A DNA stretch of 64,000 nt, from positions 1,056,001-1,120,000 of the forward strand of contig OZ271918.1 in the NCBI GenBank assembly GCA_965602015.1, given 5' to 3'. Below, piece after piece: positions 47,172 through 57,073 of this stretch. The DNA comes from Salinispira sp. (GTDB lineage Bacteria; Spirochaetota; Spirochaetia; DSM-27196; Salinispiraceae). The position numbers and the translations under genes are program-made. The notes beneath the pieces were generated by a model. That model did no database searches, was not told the DNA's origin, and saw only the letters and a program-made list of their open reading frames with translations. Position 1 is the first letter of the stretch. Every line of letters begins with the position of its first letter.

Positions 47172-49385
47172 TTGATTCGACTTTTCAGGTATTTTACCCC
47201 GTGGCTCGGGGCCATTCTGTTAGCCCTCATTTTTTTATTCGCCCAGGCCAACCTGGACCTTGCCCTGCCGGATTACCTTTCGCGGATAATTAATACGGGT
47301 ATCCAGCAGGGGGGAATCGAATCTCCCTTCCCCCGGGAAATGCGCAGCTCGAGCTGGAATGCTGTAATTGCCCGGCTGGAGGAAGAGCGGGGAGATATCG
47401 AGTTTCCCCGGGCTCTCTACCGCAGTGGAGAGGGCGGCGAAAATACCGTGCAGGTCAACCCGGACCTTCTTGCACAGGTGGAGTCTGATAAGCGCTTGCG
47501 ACGGGCTTTCCTCGAGTCCTTCGCCCTCAGTCTTTCCCGGGAAGCGATGGAGTCGGGCGATCTTGATGTGTTTGCCGGTGCTGGGCAGAATGGGGAATCC
47601 TCTGAGCAGCTTGGGGGGGACCCGGTAGCCGCCGGTCCGGGCTTGGCCGGTATGCTCGGGGATGATGATTTCCTCCTTGAGCAGCTTGCCGTCCGCTTGG
47701 TGCTCAGAGAGTACCGCCTGCTCGGCCGGGATACCGATGCCATTCAGAACCGCTATATTTGGCGTATGGGCGGCACAATGATCCTGCTGACCCTTCTTTC
47801 CGCCGCGGCGACAATCTGCGTCAGCTACATCGGCGCCCGGGTATCCGCGGGAGTGGCAAAATCAATTCGGGCTGACCTGTTTCGCACGGTCGAAGGCTTT
47901 TCCGCCGCTGAAATAGACAAATTTTCAACAGCCAGTCTGATCACCCGGAGCACCAATGATATAACCCAGGTTCAAATGGTGACCTTCCTCATAATCCGGA
48001 TGGTGTTCCTGGCTCCGCTCATGGGTGTCGGGGGCGTGATCAGGGCGATGGGAAAAGCGCCGAATATGGCCTGGCTCATAGGGTTGGCGGTTCTTGTTCT
48101 GCTCGGGTTGGTCCTGCTGGTCATGGCCATCGTCCTTCCCCGCTTCAAGATGATTCAAAAGCTCACTGACGCGTTGAACCGGGTCGGGAGGGAACAGCTT
48201 TCGGGCATAATGGTCATCCGGGCATTTAACCGCCAGGATTTTGAACAGGAGCGCTTTGACAAAGCCAACCGGGATCTCACTTCAACCAATCTTTTTGTGG
48301 GAAGGACCATGGCCACCATCATGCCGCTGATATGGCTGATAATGAACGTCCTGGTCATTTCAATCATATGGGTGGGAGCAGGCCAGGTCGCCGGTTTTTC
48401 AATGGCCATCGGAGATTTGCTGGCCTTTATGCAGTATGCCATTCAAATCGTTATGTCCTTTCTGATGCTCACCATGGTGTTTATTATCCTGCCCCGAGCC
48501 AGCGTTTCTGCCCGGCGCATTGCCGAGGTGCTTGAGACCGAGCCGTCTATTGTGGATCCAGATGTTCCCGAAACCCCCGATTCGCCGGAGCCGTCCAATA
48601 ATCGTATTACTGTTTCAACCGCTGAGGAATCCGGGCAATTAAAGGGATTTCTTGAGTTTAAGGATGTAAGTTTCGCGTACCCCGGAGCCGATGAAAATGC
48701 CCTTTGTCATATAAGCTTCACCGCCGAACCGGGCAAGACCACTGCGATAATCGGATCTACGGGCTCGGGAAAAACTTCGGTGGTCAATCTTATACCCCGA
48801 TTCTATGATGTCAGCGGCGGAGGCATCTTTCTCGACGGGGTGGACATCCGCAGGATGAGCCAGAAAGATCTTCGAAGCCGCATCGGCTACGTCCCCCAGA
48901 AAAGCAGCCTGTTCACCGGAACCATTAAAAGCAATCTTCTGTTTGGTGACGAGAATGCCAGCCATGAAGACATAAAACAGACTGCCCAGGTCGCCCAGGC
49001 CCTCGACTTTATAGAGGACCGTGAAGACGGATTTGCCTCGGCGGTGAGTCAGGGCGGGGTAAACGTTTCCGGCGGTCAGCGCCAACGCTTGTCCATAGCC
49101 CGGGCCATTTTGGCGAAACCGGAGCTGCTGATTTTCGACGACAGTTTTTCCGCATTGGATTTCCGCACCGACGCGGCGCTCCGGCGCGCCCTGGGTGACC
49201 ATGCAAAAAATTCCACCCGAATCATCGTCGCCCAGAGGGTTTCGACAATAATAAACGCCGAACAGATACTGGTCCTGGAAGACGGAAAGCTGGCGGGCAG
49301 GGGAACCCACAAGGAGCTGATGGACAGCTGTGGTGAATACCGGGAAATCGTTCTTTCCCAGCTGAGCATCGAGGAGGCATCGTGA
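47172..49385 (+). CDS. Heterodimeric ABC exporter, TMD-NBD subunit 1
   Basis: SLITRSTND, GSTGSGKT, VSGGQRQR, degenerate FDD Walker B, VAQR; TTG start after GAGG. Confidence 0.92.
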   Translation: MIRLFRYFTPWLGAILLALIFLFAQANLDLALPDYLSRIINTGIQQGGIESPFPREMRSSSWNAVIARLEEERGDIEFPRALYRSGEGGENTVQVNPDLLAQVESDKRLRRAFLESFALSLSREAMESGDLDVFAGAGQNGESSEQLGGDPVAAGPGLAGMLGDDDFLLEQLAVRLVLREYRLLGRDTDAIQNRYIWRMGGTMILLTLLSAAATICVSYIGARVSAGVAKSIRADLFRTVEGFSAAEIDKFSTASLITRSTNDITQVQMVTFLIIRMVFLAPLMGVGGVIRAMGKAPNMAWLIGLAVLVLLGLVLLVMAIVLPRFKMIQKLTDALNRVGREQLSGIMVIRAFNRQDFEQERFDKANRDLTSTNLFVGRTMATIMPLIWLIMNVLVISIIWVGAGQVAGFSMAIGDLLAFMQYAIQIVMSFLMLTMVFIILPRASVSARRIAEVLETEPSIVDPDVPETPDSPEPSNNRITVSTAEESGQLKGFLEFKDVSFAYPGADENALCHISFTAEPGKTTAIIGSTGSGKTSVVNLIPRFYDVSGGGIFLDGVDIRRMSQKDLRSRIGYVPQKSSLFTGTIKSNLLFGDENASHEDIKQTAQVAQALDFIEDREDGFASAVSQGGVNVSGGQRQRLSIARAILAKPELLIFDDSFSALDFRTDAALRRALGDHAKNSTRIIVAQRVSTIINAEQILVLEDGKLAGRGTHKELMDSCGEYREIVLSQLSIEEAS

Positions 49386-51247
49386 AGAACGCAAACGAGC
49401 GGAAAAACGAGTCGGCCTCAGGCCGGCCGGCGGTGGGTCGGGGACCCATGGCGATGATGAAGGGAGAGAACGCCCGGGACTTCCGGGGAACCATGCGCCG
49501 GCTCGTCGCCTATTTTGGCAAGTACCGCTGGATGATTCTCCTCGGAGTGGCGCTCACCCTGGTCGGCACCATTTTCGGCATTATCGGTCCGCGCTGGCAG
49601 GGCTATGCCATCGATGAGCTCACAGCCATAGTCGGGGTCCGAATGGGCGGGGGAGAAGCGGAGTTTGACGGGCTGTTGAGCTGGATACTTCGCTTGTTGG
49701 CAATTTACGGAGCCTTTGCCCTGGCTTCATATTTTATGGGTTTTATTATGACCGGGGTTTCAGCCGATATTGCCTACCGTTTCCGCAGGGATATATCGGC
49801 GAAAATGCATCGTCTCCCCCTGAAATACTACGACGGAACAACGCACGGCGAAGTACTCAGCCGGATTACCAACGATGTCGATGTCATCAATCAGACCCTG
49901 AGCCAGGGCATCAGCCAGATGATAACCAGTGTGGTAACCGTCGTGGGATCGATGATTATGATGTTCACCATAGACTGGCGGCTCACCATGGCGGCCCTGG
50001 TTATTATTCCCCTCTCGATGATCGTCGTCGGTGCGATTATCAAGCGAAGCCAGCGCTATTTCAAGGATCAGCAGGCAAATCTCGGCCATGTGAACGGCCA
50101 TATTGAGGAAATGTTTTCAGGTCACTTGGTGGTAAAAGCCTTCAATGGCGAAGGCCGTGCCGTGGAAAAATTCGACACGCACAACGACGATCTCTATGAA
50201 TCCGCCTGGAAAAGTCAGTTTCTTTCCGGGCTGATGATGCCCATCATGCTGGTGTTCGGCAATATCAGTTTCGTGGTTGTCGCCGTCATGGGGGGCTGGC
50301 TGGTAGCCGCCGGCACCCTGACCATCGGCGCCATCGCCTCTTTTATTCAGTATGTGCGCCAATTCAATCAACCGCTGATGAATATTGCCAATATCAGCAA
50401 CGTCCTCCAGCAGACCGCCGCGGCGGCCGAGCGGGTATTGGAATTCCTTGATGAGAAAGAGGAAATCGCCGAGACCCAATCTCCCGTTGCTCTCGAGAAG
50501 GCTTCGGGTCATGTGGCGTTTGACCGCGTCAGATTCGGCTACGAGAGCCAACATCCGGTAATTCGGGATTTTTCTGCAGAGGCGGCACCGGGACAGAAAA
50601 TTGCCATAGTCGGACCAACCGGAGCCGGCAAAACCACCATGGTAAAGCTCCTTATGCGTTTCTACGACCTGGATGCCGGGCGAATCCTTATTGACGGACA
50701 TGACATTCGGGATTTCGCCCGGAAGAGATTGCGTGAAAACTTCGCCATGGTGCTCCAGGACAGCTGGCTCTATAACGCCAGCGTAATGGAAAATATCCGC
50801 TACGGCCGTCCCGACGCCAGTGACGAGGAAGTCATGGAAGCCGCAAAGGCCGCTCACGTCGATCACTTCATTCACACCTGGCCGGATGGCTACGACATGG
50901 TGATAAATGAAGAGACCAGCAATATTAGTCAGGGACAGAAACAGCTTCTGACCATCGCCAGGGCCATCCTTGCCGATCCGAGAATGCTGATTCTCGATGA
51001 GGCAACCAGCTCGGTCGACACCCGCACCGAGGTGCTCACCCAAAAGGCGATGGACAGGCTTATGCAGGGGCGAACCAGTTTTATCATCGCTCATCGGCTT
51101 TCCACAATCAGGAATGCGGACCTGATTCTGGTCATGAACGAGGGAGATATTATCGAACAGGGCAGTCATGAACAGCTGATGGCAGCCGGGGGTTTTTACG
51201 CCGACCTGTACAACAGCCAGTTCGAACAGGTGAGCCCTGTAAAATGA
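49382..51247 (+). CDS. Heterodimeric ABC exporter, TMD-NBD subunit 2
   Basis: GPTGAGKTT, ISQGQKQ, LDEATS, IAHRLST. Confidence 0.92.
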   Translation: MKNANERKNESASGRPAVGRGPMAMMKGENARDFRGTMRRLVAYFGKYRWMILLGVALTLVGTIFGIIGPRWQGYAIDELTAIVGVRMGGGEAEFDGLLSWILRLLAIYGAFALASYFMGFIMTGVSADIAYRFRRDISAKMHRLPLKYYDGTTHGEVLSRITNDVDVINQTLSQGISQMITSVVTVVGSMIMMFTIDWRLTMAALVIIPLSMIVVGAIIKRSQRYFKDQQANLGHVNGHIEEMFSGHLVVKAFNGEGRAVEKFDTHNDDLYESAWKSQFLSGLMMPIMLVFGNISFVVVAVMGGWLVAAGTLTIGAIASFIQYVRQFNQPLMNIANISNVLQQTAAAAERVLEFLDEKEEIAETQSPVALEKASGHVAFDRVRFGYESQHPVIRDFSAEAAPGQKIAIVGPTGAGKTTMVKLLMRFYDLDAGRILIDGHDIRDFARKRLRENFAMVLQDSWLYNASVMENIRYGRPDASDEEVMEAAKAAHVDHFIHTWPDGYDMVINEETSNISQGQKQLLTIARAILADPRMLILDEATSSVDTRTEVLTQKAMDRLMQGRTSFIIAHRLSTIRNADLILVMNEGDIIEQGSHEQLMAAGGFYADLYNSQFEQVSPVK

Positions 51248-51315
51248 TGTGAGGTCTCTATGCATCCGGCCGCCGGTAATGGAGGCAGGGGCCGTCTGCT
51301 TTTGTTAGACGATAC

Positions 51316-52167
51316 TTACTTTCCTATACCCGATGACAGCCCGGTCACCACGTAGCGCTGGAAAACCAGAACCGCCAGCACAATGGGAACAAGGGTGAGT
51401 ACGGTGCCCGCGGCAATCCATGTCCACTGAAGCTCAAAGGCCTGACTCAGGCTCAGTATTGCCACCGGCACGGTTTCAACCTCATCGGCGCCGATGGATA
51501 CCACATTCGCAAGCATAAACTCCCCCCAGGAACCCAGAAAAGCAAGAACCCCTGCGGAAAATATTCCCGGGGCGGCTATGGGAAGCACCACCTGCATAAT
51601 TGTTCTCCACGGACCGGCGCCGTCTATTTTGGCAGCGTCGTCGAGCTCAAACGGCACGTTGGCGAAATAGCTGGCGATGAGAAAGGATGAGAGGGGTACC
51701 GCATAGGCCGCATTGGGAAGGATCATTGCCCAGTAGGTCCTGATCAGTCCAAGGGCCCGAAGCAGTACAAAGGTCGGCGCTATAACGATAATCGGCGGAA
51801 TCATTCCGGCAATCTGCATCCCGTACAATGTTATCATTCTGTAGCGAAAGCGAAGCCGGGCGATGGCGAAGGCCGACAGGGTGGAGAGTACCAGGGTACC
51901 CACAAGTGCGCCGCTTGAGACAACCAGACTGTTGAGAATGGAGCGCTGCACGGTGAACCGTTCACCCAAAACCGTTCGGTAGTTTTCCAGGGTCGGGTTT
52001 TCCGGCCAGTATTCCACGGGAATACGGAATTCCGTCCCCGCTGGTTTTATGGATGTCAGACCGATCCACACCAGAGGTGCCAGGCACCACACGGCGATCA
52101 GCGCAAACAGAAGAACTGAAAATGACCGGTTTAACCGGCGTCGCGCGCTTAAGGTCATAATTGTCAC
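51316..52167 (-). CDS. Carbohydrate ABC permease (MalG-type)
   Basis: ENY, NSL, EAA-like LDDAAKIDGA, FQRY..GL. Confidence 0.9.
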   Translation of the reverse strand: MTIMTLSARRRLNRSFSVLLFALIAVWCLAPLVWIGLTSIKPAGTEFRIPVEYWPENPTLENYRTVLGERFTVQRSILNSLVVSSGALVGTLVLSTLSAFAIARLRFRYRMITLYGMQIAGMIPPIIVIAPTFVLLRALGLIRTYWAMILPNAAYAVPLSSFLIASYFANVPFELDDAAKIDGAGPWRTIMQVVLPIAAPGIFSAGVLAFLGSWGEFMLANVVSIGADEVETVPVAILSLSQAFELQWTWIAAGTVLTLVPIVLAVLVFQRYVVTGLSSGIGK

Positions 52168-53064
52168 CTATTCCCGAAAATTAAAATTCCGACGGACCCG
52201 ATTAATATAGAGAACTCCGATTACCGCAACCAGCAGGAATGTGACCACCGCATAGGTTGATCCCTGTCCGAATTGGGCGTACCTGAAGTATTCCGTATAG
52301 GCATAGGAACTGAGGGTGTCGGTTGCGGTCCCCGGTCCGCCACCGGTAAGCCCGTATACCACATCGAAGACTCTCAGGGCATCCTGGGTGCGGTACAGCA
52401 GGGCTACATACACCGTCGGCATGAGCACCGGTAAAGTTATTGAGAAAAATCGGCGCAGGGGTCCGGCTCCGTCCACCCTGGCGGATTCGATTATTTCCCG
52501 TGGCACAAGCGCAAGGCCGCCCATAAGAAAGAATGCGGCCACACTCGCCCCCTTCCAGGTATAGGCGAGGGCTACGCTCCCCATTGCCAGAAACTGATTG
52601 ACCAAAAACAGCGGGGGCTCGGAGGTGATGCCGCTGCGGACAAAGAGGTCGGCTATTGGCCCCACATCGGCATTAAGCATCCATCGCCACATGGAGGCCT
52701 GAATCACCTTTGGTATAGCCCACGGGACAATGATTATTGCCCGCAAAATCCCCCGAGCTCTCTTTGGCACAAAAAAGGTCGCCAGAGCCAGGCCCATTCC
52801 GAGGCTAAGGTCGAGGGCGACGACCGCAATCGTGAACCCGACGGTAAACATCAGGGTATACCAGAACTGTCCACTGCTCATTACCCGGCGGTAGTTATCC
52901 AGCCCCGCAAAGGGGCTGTTTACCCAGTCCGTCGTGAGATCGAGATCAAAAAACGAATATATCAGAGTTTGAATAATTGGATAGTAATTAAAGACCGCCA
53001 AAGCCGCCAGGGCGGGAAAAACAAGCAGTACTCCGAGGCGAGTTTCATTTCCTTTTTTTAGCAG
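52168..53064 (-). CDS. Carbohydrate ABC permease (MalF-type), probable CTG start
   Basis: GLDNY, PWAIP, ESARVDGA, FD..YGLTGGGPG; AGGAG 6 nt before in-frame CTG at 53064. Confidence 0.85.
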   Translation of the reverse strand: MLKKGNETRLGVLLVFPALAALAVFNYYPIIQTLIYSFFDLDLTTDWVNSPFAGLDNYRRVMSSGQFWYTLMFTVGFTIAVVALDLSLGMGLALATFFVPKRARGILRAIIIVPWAIPKVIQASMWRWMLNADVGPIADLFVRSGITSEPPLFLVNQFLAMGSVALAYTWKGASVAAFFLMGGLALVPREIIESARVDGAGPLRRFFSITLPVLMPTVYVALLYRTQDALRVFDVVYGLTGGGPGTATDTLSSYAYTEYFRYAQFGQGSTYAVVTFLLVAVIGVLYINRVRRNFNFRE

Positions 53065-53122
53065 AGTACGCTCCTGAAGAATCCCGCCACCGATAAACCG
53101 ACGGCGGCGGGAGGGTAATACC

Positions 53123-54400
53123 TTAATCCCGTAGGGCTTCTGCACGCTCGGCCATGCTGGCCAAAACCGCATCGATCGACCGGGTGCCGGTTACCGCGGC
53201 GTTGAGTTCTTCCTGAAGCATTCCCGATAGCTGGGCATAGCTTTCCGACGGGGGACGGTTCGTTGCTCTTTCCAGTAGCGGAATAAGCCGGTCCACATTC
53301 GGATTAAAAGCCTGAACCTCCGGGTCATCGTAGAGGCCGTTAAAATACTGCACCGGTCCCCAGGCAAGGGCGAAGCCTTTCTGAACCGCCTCGCTGGCAA
53401 TGACTTCCATTACCTGCAATGCCGCTTCGGTTTTCTCGCTAAAGGGATTCACCGCAAAGGCGAATCCGCCGGTTATGGAGACTTCTTCACCGTCGCTCTG
53501 GGCGGGAAAGCGCATGAGGTTCCAGTTGCCGGCGATTTGTGACTGCTGTGGATCATCGAGCCAAATAACAAGGTCGTTATTGTCCCAGAGAAAAATACCG
53601 TTGCCCCCGGCGAACCGCTGGCGGGCTTCGGTTCGCTGCCAGTTCTGAACCACCTGCGGAGAAACGCCGCTGTCTATGGATTGCCGCATAAACTCAAGGG
53701 CTTCACGGCTTGCCTGTGAGTCAAATGCATAACTTCCGTCTTCATTGAGGTAGCCGCCGCCGAAGGCGTGGAGAAGGGTGGAATAGTACATCACCAGGTC
53801 TTCGTCCCTGGCGCCGGGCCAGAGGAAACCGCTTATCTCCGGATCATCGGCCTGGACAGCCTCGATTATCGCCACCATTTCATCAATGGATTCCGGCGGC
53901 GCAAACCCGTACTCTTCGAGGATGTCGGTCCGGTAGTACAATCCGGTAACCGAACCCCAGAAGGGTACGCCGAGACGGCTGCCTTCATATGAAAATGTGT
54001 CCAGACCTGAAGAGCTGAAACTGCCTTCGAGTTCGGGCAGAGCGTCGTTCAGGGGGAGCGCCCAGCCGGCGCGTCCGAACTGGGTCACCCAGGGTTCATC
54101 GATTCCGTAAATATCGACGGTGGTGTCCCGGGAGGTCATCCAGATAATAAGAGTGTCCAGGAGATCCTGAGCCATGGTCTCGTACTCGAGTACGATATCC
54201 GGATACTGTATGGCCAGTTCGGCCCGGATAGCGTCGATGGGCGCCGGGGCATCGGTAAACGAATTGGACAGAAACGCGTTGTAGCCCAGGGTCACCGTTA
54301 CCGGTCCCTCTGGCGCAGGCTCTTCGCCGCCGCCGCCCGCGAAGGCCAGCGACGAGATCAACAGCAGCGCCGCCGCTGCCATAAAAGGTGTTTTCCACAT
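53123..54400 (-). CDS. Carbohydrate ABC substrate-binding protein (trehalose/maltose-binding-like)
   Basis: Signal peptide AFAGGGG, LYYRTD, F..G..IF..N, GG..FAVN; ATG 54400 after GGAGG. Confidence 0.88.
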   Translation of the reverse strand: MWKTPFMAAAALLLISSLAFAGGGGEEPAPEGPVTVTLGYNAFLSNSFTDAPAPIDAIRAELAIQYPDIVLEYETMAQDLLDTLIIWMTSRDTTVDIYGIDEPWVTQFGRAGWALPLNDALPELEGSFSSSGLDTFSYEGSRLGVPFWGSVTGLYYRTDILEEYGFAPPESIDEMVAIIEAVQADDPEISGFLWPGARDEDLVMYYSTLLHAFGGGYLNEDGSYAFDSQASREALEFMRQSIDSGVSPQVVQNWQRTEARQRFAGGNGIFLWDNNDLVIWLDDPQQSQIAGNWNLMRFPAQSDGEEVSITGGFAFAVNPFSEKTEAALQVMEVIASEAVQKGFALAWGPVQYFNGLYDDPEVQAFNPNVDRLIPLLERATNRPPSESYAQLSGMLQEELNAAVTGTRSIDAVLASMAERAEALRD

Positions 54401-54538
54401 ATGTTCCTCCTTGTGCTTCACCTCGGGCGATGGGGGCGTCCTTCGCCCGACCGTCGCCAATAAACAATGCTGCTCACATGCCGTCAATTCCGGACGTATC
54501 CTCACTCATGCAGGGCATCCGGACTCGGGCTGCAAAAC

Positions 54539-55345
54539 CTAGTGTGGCTTCCACCGGAACTCAAGCATGCGGTATTCCGCCATTCCCCGGTGCTGAAGAT
54601 TCAAAAGGGCGTTTCCGCCGATTATATTATCAAGATAACCGCCGCTGGCACCCAGGGTATTGAGAATGGCGCTTGCGGCGTTTCCCAGTCGGCGGACAAA
54701 ACCACGCCGGGCCATAAGGGGACTGAGATCGGCGTTCTGTTCCAGTACAAAACCTTCCCCGGCATAGGCGGCGACCAGCTCTGATACCTGTCTGACTCCC
54801 GGAACCCGCCAGTGCCGGTGAAAACGCTTCACCAGTGGATGATTGATATCCGTGCCCTCGGTGAGGAAATCATCAATGACTATTAATGTGCTTCCCTCCC
54901 GGCAGAGGCTTCGAAGGTTCGATGCCAGACGGCGGTGATCCGGATTGTGCTGCATGCTCTCAATTGCGTACATCACATCTACCGCCGGCTGGCGGCTAAA
55001 CCATGTGCTGTCCAGGTAATCAGCCAGTTCCAGGTTGACACCCATGCTGGCCGCGGCTTGCACCTGATATGGACTGATGGTTATGCCCACATATTCGGCG
55101 TCGAAATGTTTGGAAAGGTAGCGGATGCTTCCTCCGATTCCGCATCCGATATCGAGAATTCTTGAGGGCCGTGTGTCAATTAGTGCCTGGAGGATGAGGT
55201 CATTTGCATGGTGGAAGGCCCTCTCGAGGTCCCGGACTCCCGGCGGATATAAGCGGCGGTGAATGGCGCCTATTCTTTTGTCACGCTTCAGGTTGAGAAA
55301 CTTTTTGGTGTTTTTATCGTAATAATCGGCGATACCGGGGGCCAT
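54539..55345 (-). CDS. Class I SAM-dependent methyltransferase
   Basis: IADYYD, ILDIGCGIGG, GITIS, AIES..H; ATG 55345. Confidence 0.85.
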   Translation of the reverse strand: MAPGIADYYDKNTKKFLNLKRDKRIGAIHRRLYPPGVRDLERAFHHANDLILQALIDTRPSRILDIGCGIGGSIRYLSKHFDAEYVGITISPYQVQAAASMGVNLELADYLDSTWFSRQPAVDVMYAIESMQHNPDHRRLASNLRSLCREGSTLIVIDDFLTEGTDINHPLVKRFHRHWRVPGVRQVSELVAAYAGEGFVLEQNADLSPLMARRGFVRRLGNAASAILNTLGASGGYLDNIIGGNALLNLQHRGMAEYRMLEFRWKPH

Positions 55346-55468
55346 CTTTCTCCTCACCAATAAATATACTAATGAAAACCTCACAAACGGAACAGGAAAA
55401 CGCGCGCATTACGGGCATATTGCGGCATTTGCTGGACTGATCCAGCCAACATCCCCTATATTGCAGCG

Positions 55469-57073
55469 ATGGATGAGTTTAATCCGGCAAAAAGCGTTTG
55501 GCTTCCCCGTCTCAGCATTCTTATACTCCTGCACGCTTCATGGGTTTCCTTTGGTCTGGTTCCCTCACAAGCAGATAACAGCTTTCTGATGTCCGCACAG
55601 TTCTGGCTGCTTCTTTTACCCGCTCTCTTATATCCGCCGGTAATGGCAACCTGGCTTGCTATTTTCAGGCGGAGGGGAAACGCGTCGCTGGTGCAATTCT
55701 TTCGCCGGCCCGCCAATTTCGTCAGCTATTCCCGGCCGTTTTTTATAATGACCGGTGTGGTTCTCGGAAGCCTGCTCATCGCGTGGCCCCAAGGCGGAAC
55801 GGGGATACGCGCTTTTGCCGGTAACAGGTTGCCGTGGAATATCATTTCAAGTCTCCTGGTAGCCCTGGGCTTTGCCGGGGATTTTCTCGATGGTTTTCTT
55901 GCACGGCGGGAAAACCCGGACTCCCTGCGCCGGCGGGGCACTCCGGAGGAGGCCCGGCAGGTAGGCCCATGGCTCGATGCCGAGAGCGACTCCCTGGCGG
56001 TGTATTTTACCGTTGCCGCCATGGTCGGTTTGTCGATCGCGCCGGGCTTCATGTTGCTGCCCGCCGTCGCCCGATATGCGTACGCCCTCCCGTCGGTTTT
56101 TATTCCACCCCGCCTGAGCTATCCCGTGTGGTTCAAATGGTATTCCAAGTCGGCGGCGGCCTCGCTGCAGACCCTCGTCGCCGCCTATTGGATCAGCGCT
56201 GTTTTCGGCCTCGACAGCGACGCCCCGGTATTCACGGGAATAGCCCTGGCAGTGTGCTCGGCAATTGCTCTGAGCTTTGCCATATCTCTCTGGTTTCGTG
56301 TTGTGACGGCGTTCCGTCTTCTGCAGACAAAGGGTTCGGGCATTCTCAGATCGTGGATTGTGTACTACATCGTGCCCTTTGTCCTTTTCCCCTTCCGCTT
56401 CCGCCGGATGACAAAACTCTACGCTTCGTTCATCAGTCCCGGAGACCTCGTGTATGACGTCGGGTCCCATCTGGGCAATCGCATTGCAGTTTTCCTTCAT
56501 TTGGGAGCGAGAGTCCGGGCCTTCGAACCTCAGCAAGCATGCATTGCCCCGCTTAACGAATGGTACGGCGCTGAGAAGCAGGTAACCCTGCGCTTTGCCG
56601 GACTCGGCGAAAAAAAAGGAGCTGTGCCGATTTATCGCTCCGTTGCGCATCCCACTCTGACGAGCCTCGACCCGGACTGGGTGTCCAGACGAGGTGAGGA
56701 AGATGCATTCTCGAAAATACAGTGGGATCGGGGCAGTACGGTGGAAATGAGCACCTTAGACGATGAAATCCGCGAAAGCGGGATGCCGGCGTTTACCAAA
56801 ATTGATGTTGAGGGATTCGAAACCAGGGTCCTTCGGGGAAACAGCCATGCTCTGCCGGCATTGAGCTTCGAGTTTCTCCCGTCGGATGTAGACGCCGTCT
56901 TGCAATGCATTGACGAGGTTTGCAGGCTCGGTAATTACCAGTTCAATTACTCTCCTGGAGAAAGCATGAAGTTCGAGTGGCAAACATGGATTGACGCCGA
57001 TGCCTTAAAAACATTCCTGTCCGAGTACCCCCTTGGCAGTCGAAGCGGAGATGTGTATGCCCGACGTCGATAA
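55469..57073 (+). CDS. Fusion: CDP-alcohol phosphatidyltransferase + FkbM-family methyltransferase
   Basis: DFLDGFLARR...GPWLDAESD (CDP-AP motif), several TM; C-terminal YDVGSHLG, FEP, KIDVEGFE. Confidence 0.82.
   Translation: MDEFNPAKSVWLPRLSILILLHASWVSFGLVPSQADNSFLMSAQFWLLLLPALLYPPVMATWLAIFRRRGNASLVQFFRRPANFVSYSRPFFIMTGVVLGSLLIAWPQGGTGIRAFAGNRLPWNIISSLLVALGFAGDFLDGFLARRENPDSLRRRGTPEEARQVGPWLDAESDSLAVYFTVAAMVGLSIAPGFMLLPAVARYAYALPSVFIPPRLSYPVWFKWYSKSAAASLQTLVAAYWISAVFGLDSDAPVFTGIALAVCSAIALSFAISLWFRVVTAFRLLQTKGSGILRSWIVYYIVPFVLFPFRFRRMTKLYASFISPGDLVYDVGSHLGNRIAVFLHLGARVRAFEPQQACIAPLNEWYGAEKQVTLRFAGLGEKKGAVPIYRSVAHPTLTSLDPDWVSRRGEEDAFSKIQWDRGSTVEMSTLDDEIRESGMPAFTKIDVEGFETRVLRGNSHALPALSFEFLPSDVDAVLQCIDEVCRLGNYQFNYSPGESMKFEWQTWIDADALKTFLSEYPLGSRSGDVYARRR

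Noticed and set aside
53039..53048. ATG AAA CTC as the permease start
   Set aside because: Out of frame with the permease and too close to its purine run; in-frame CTG fits better
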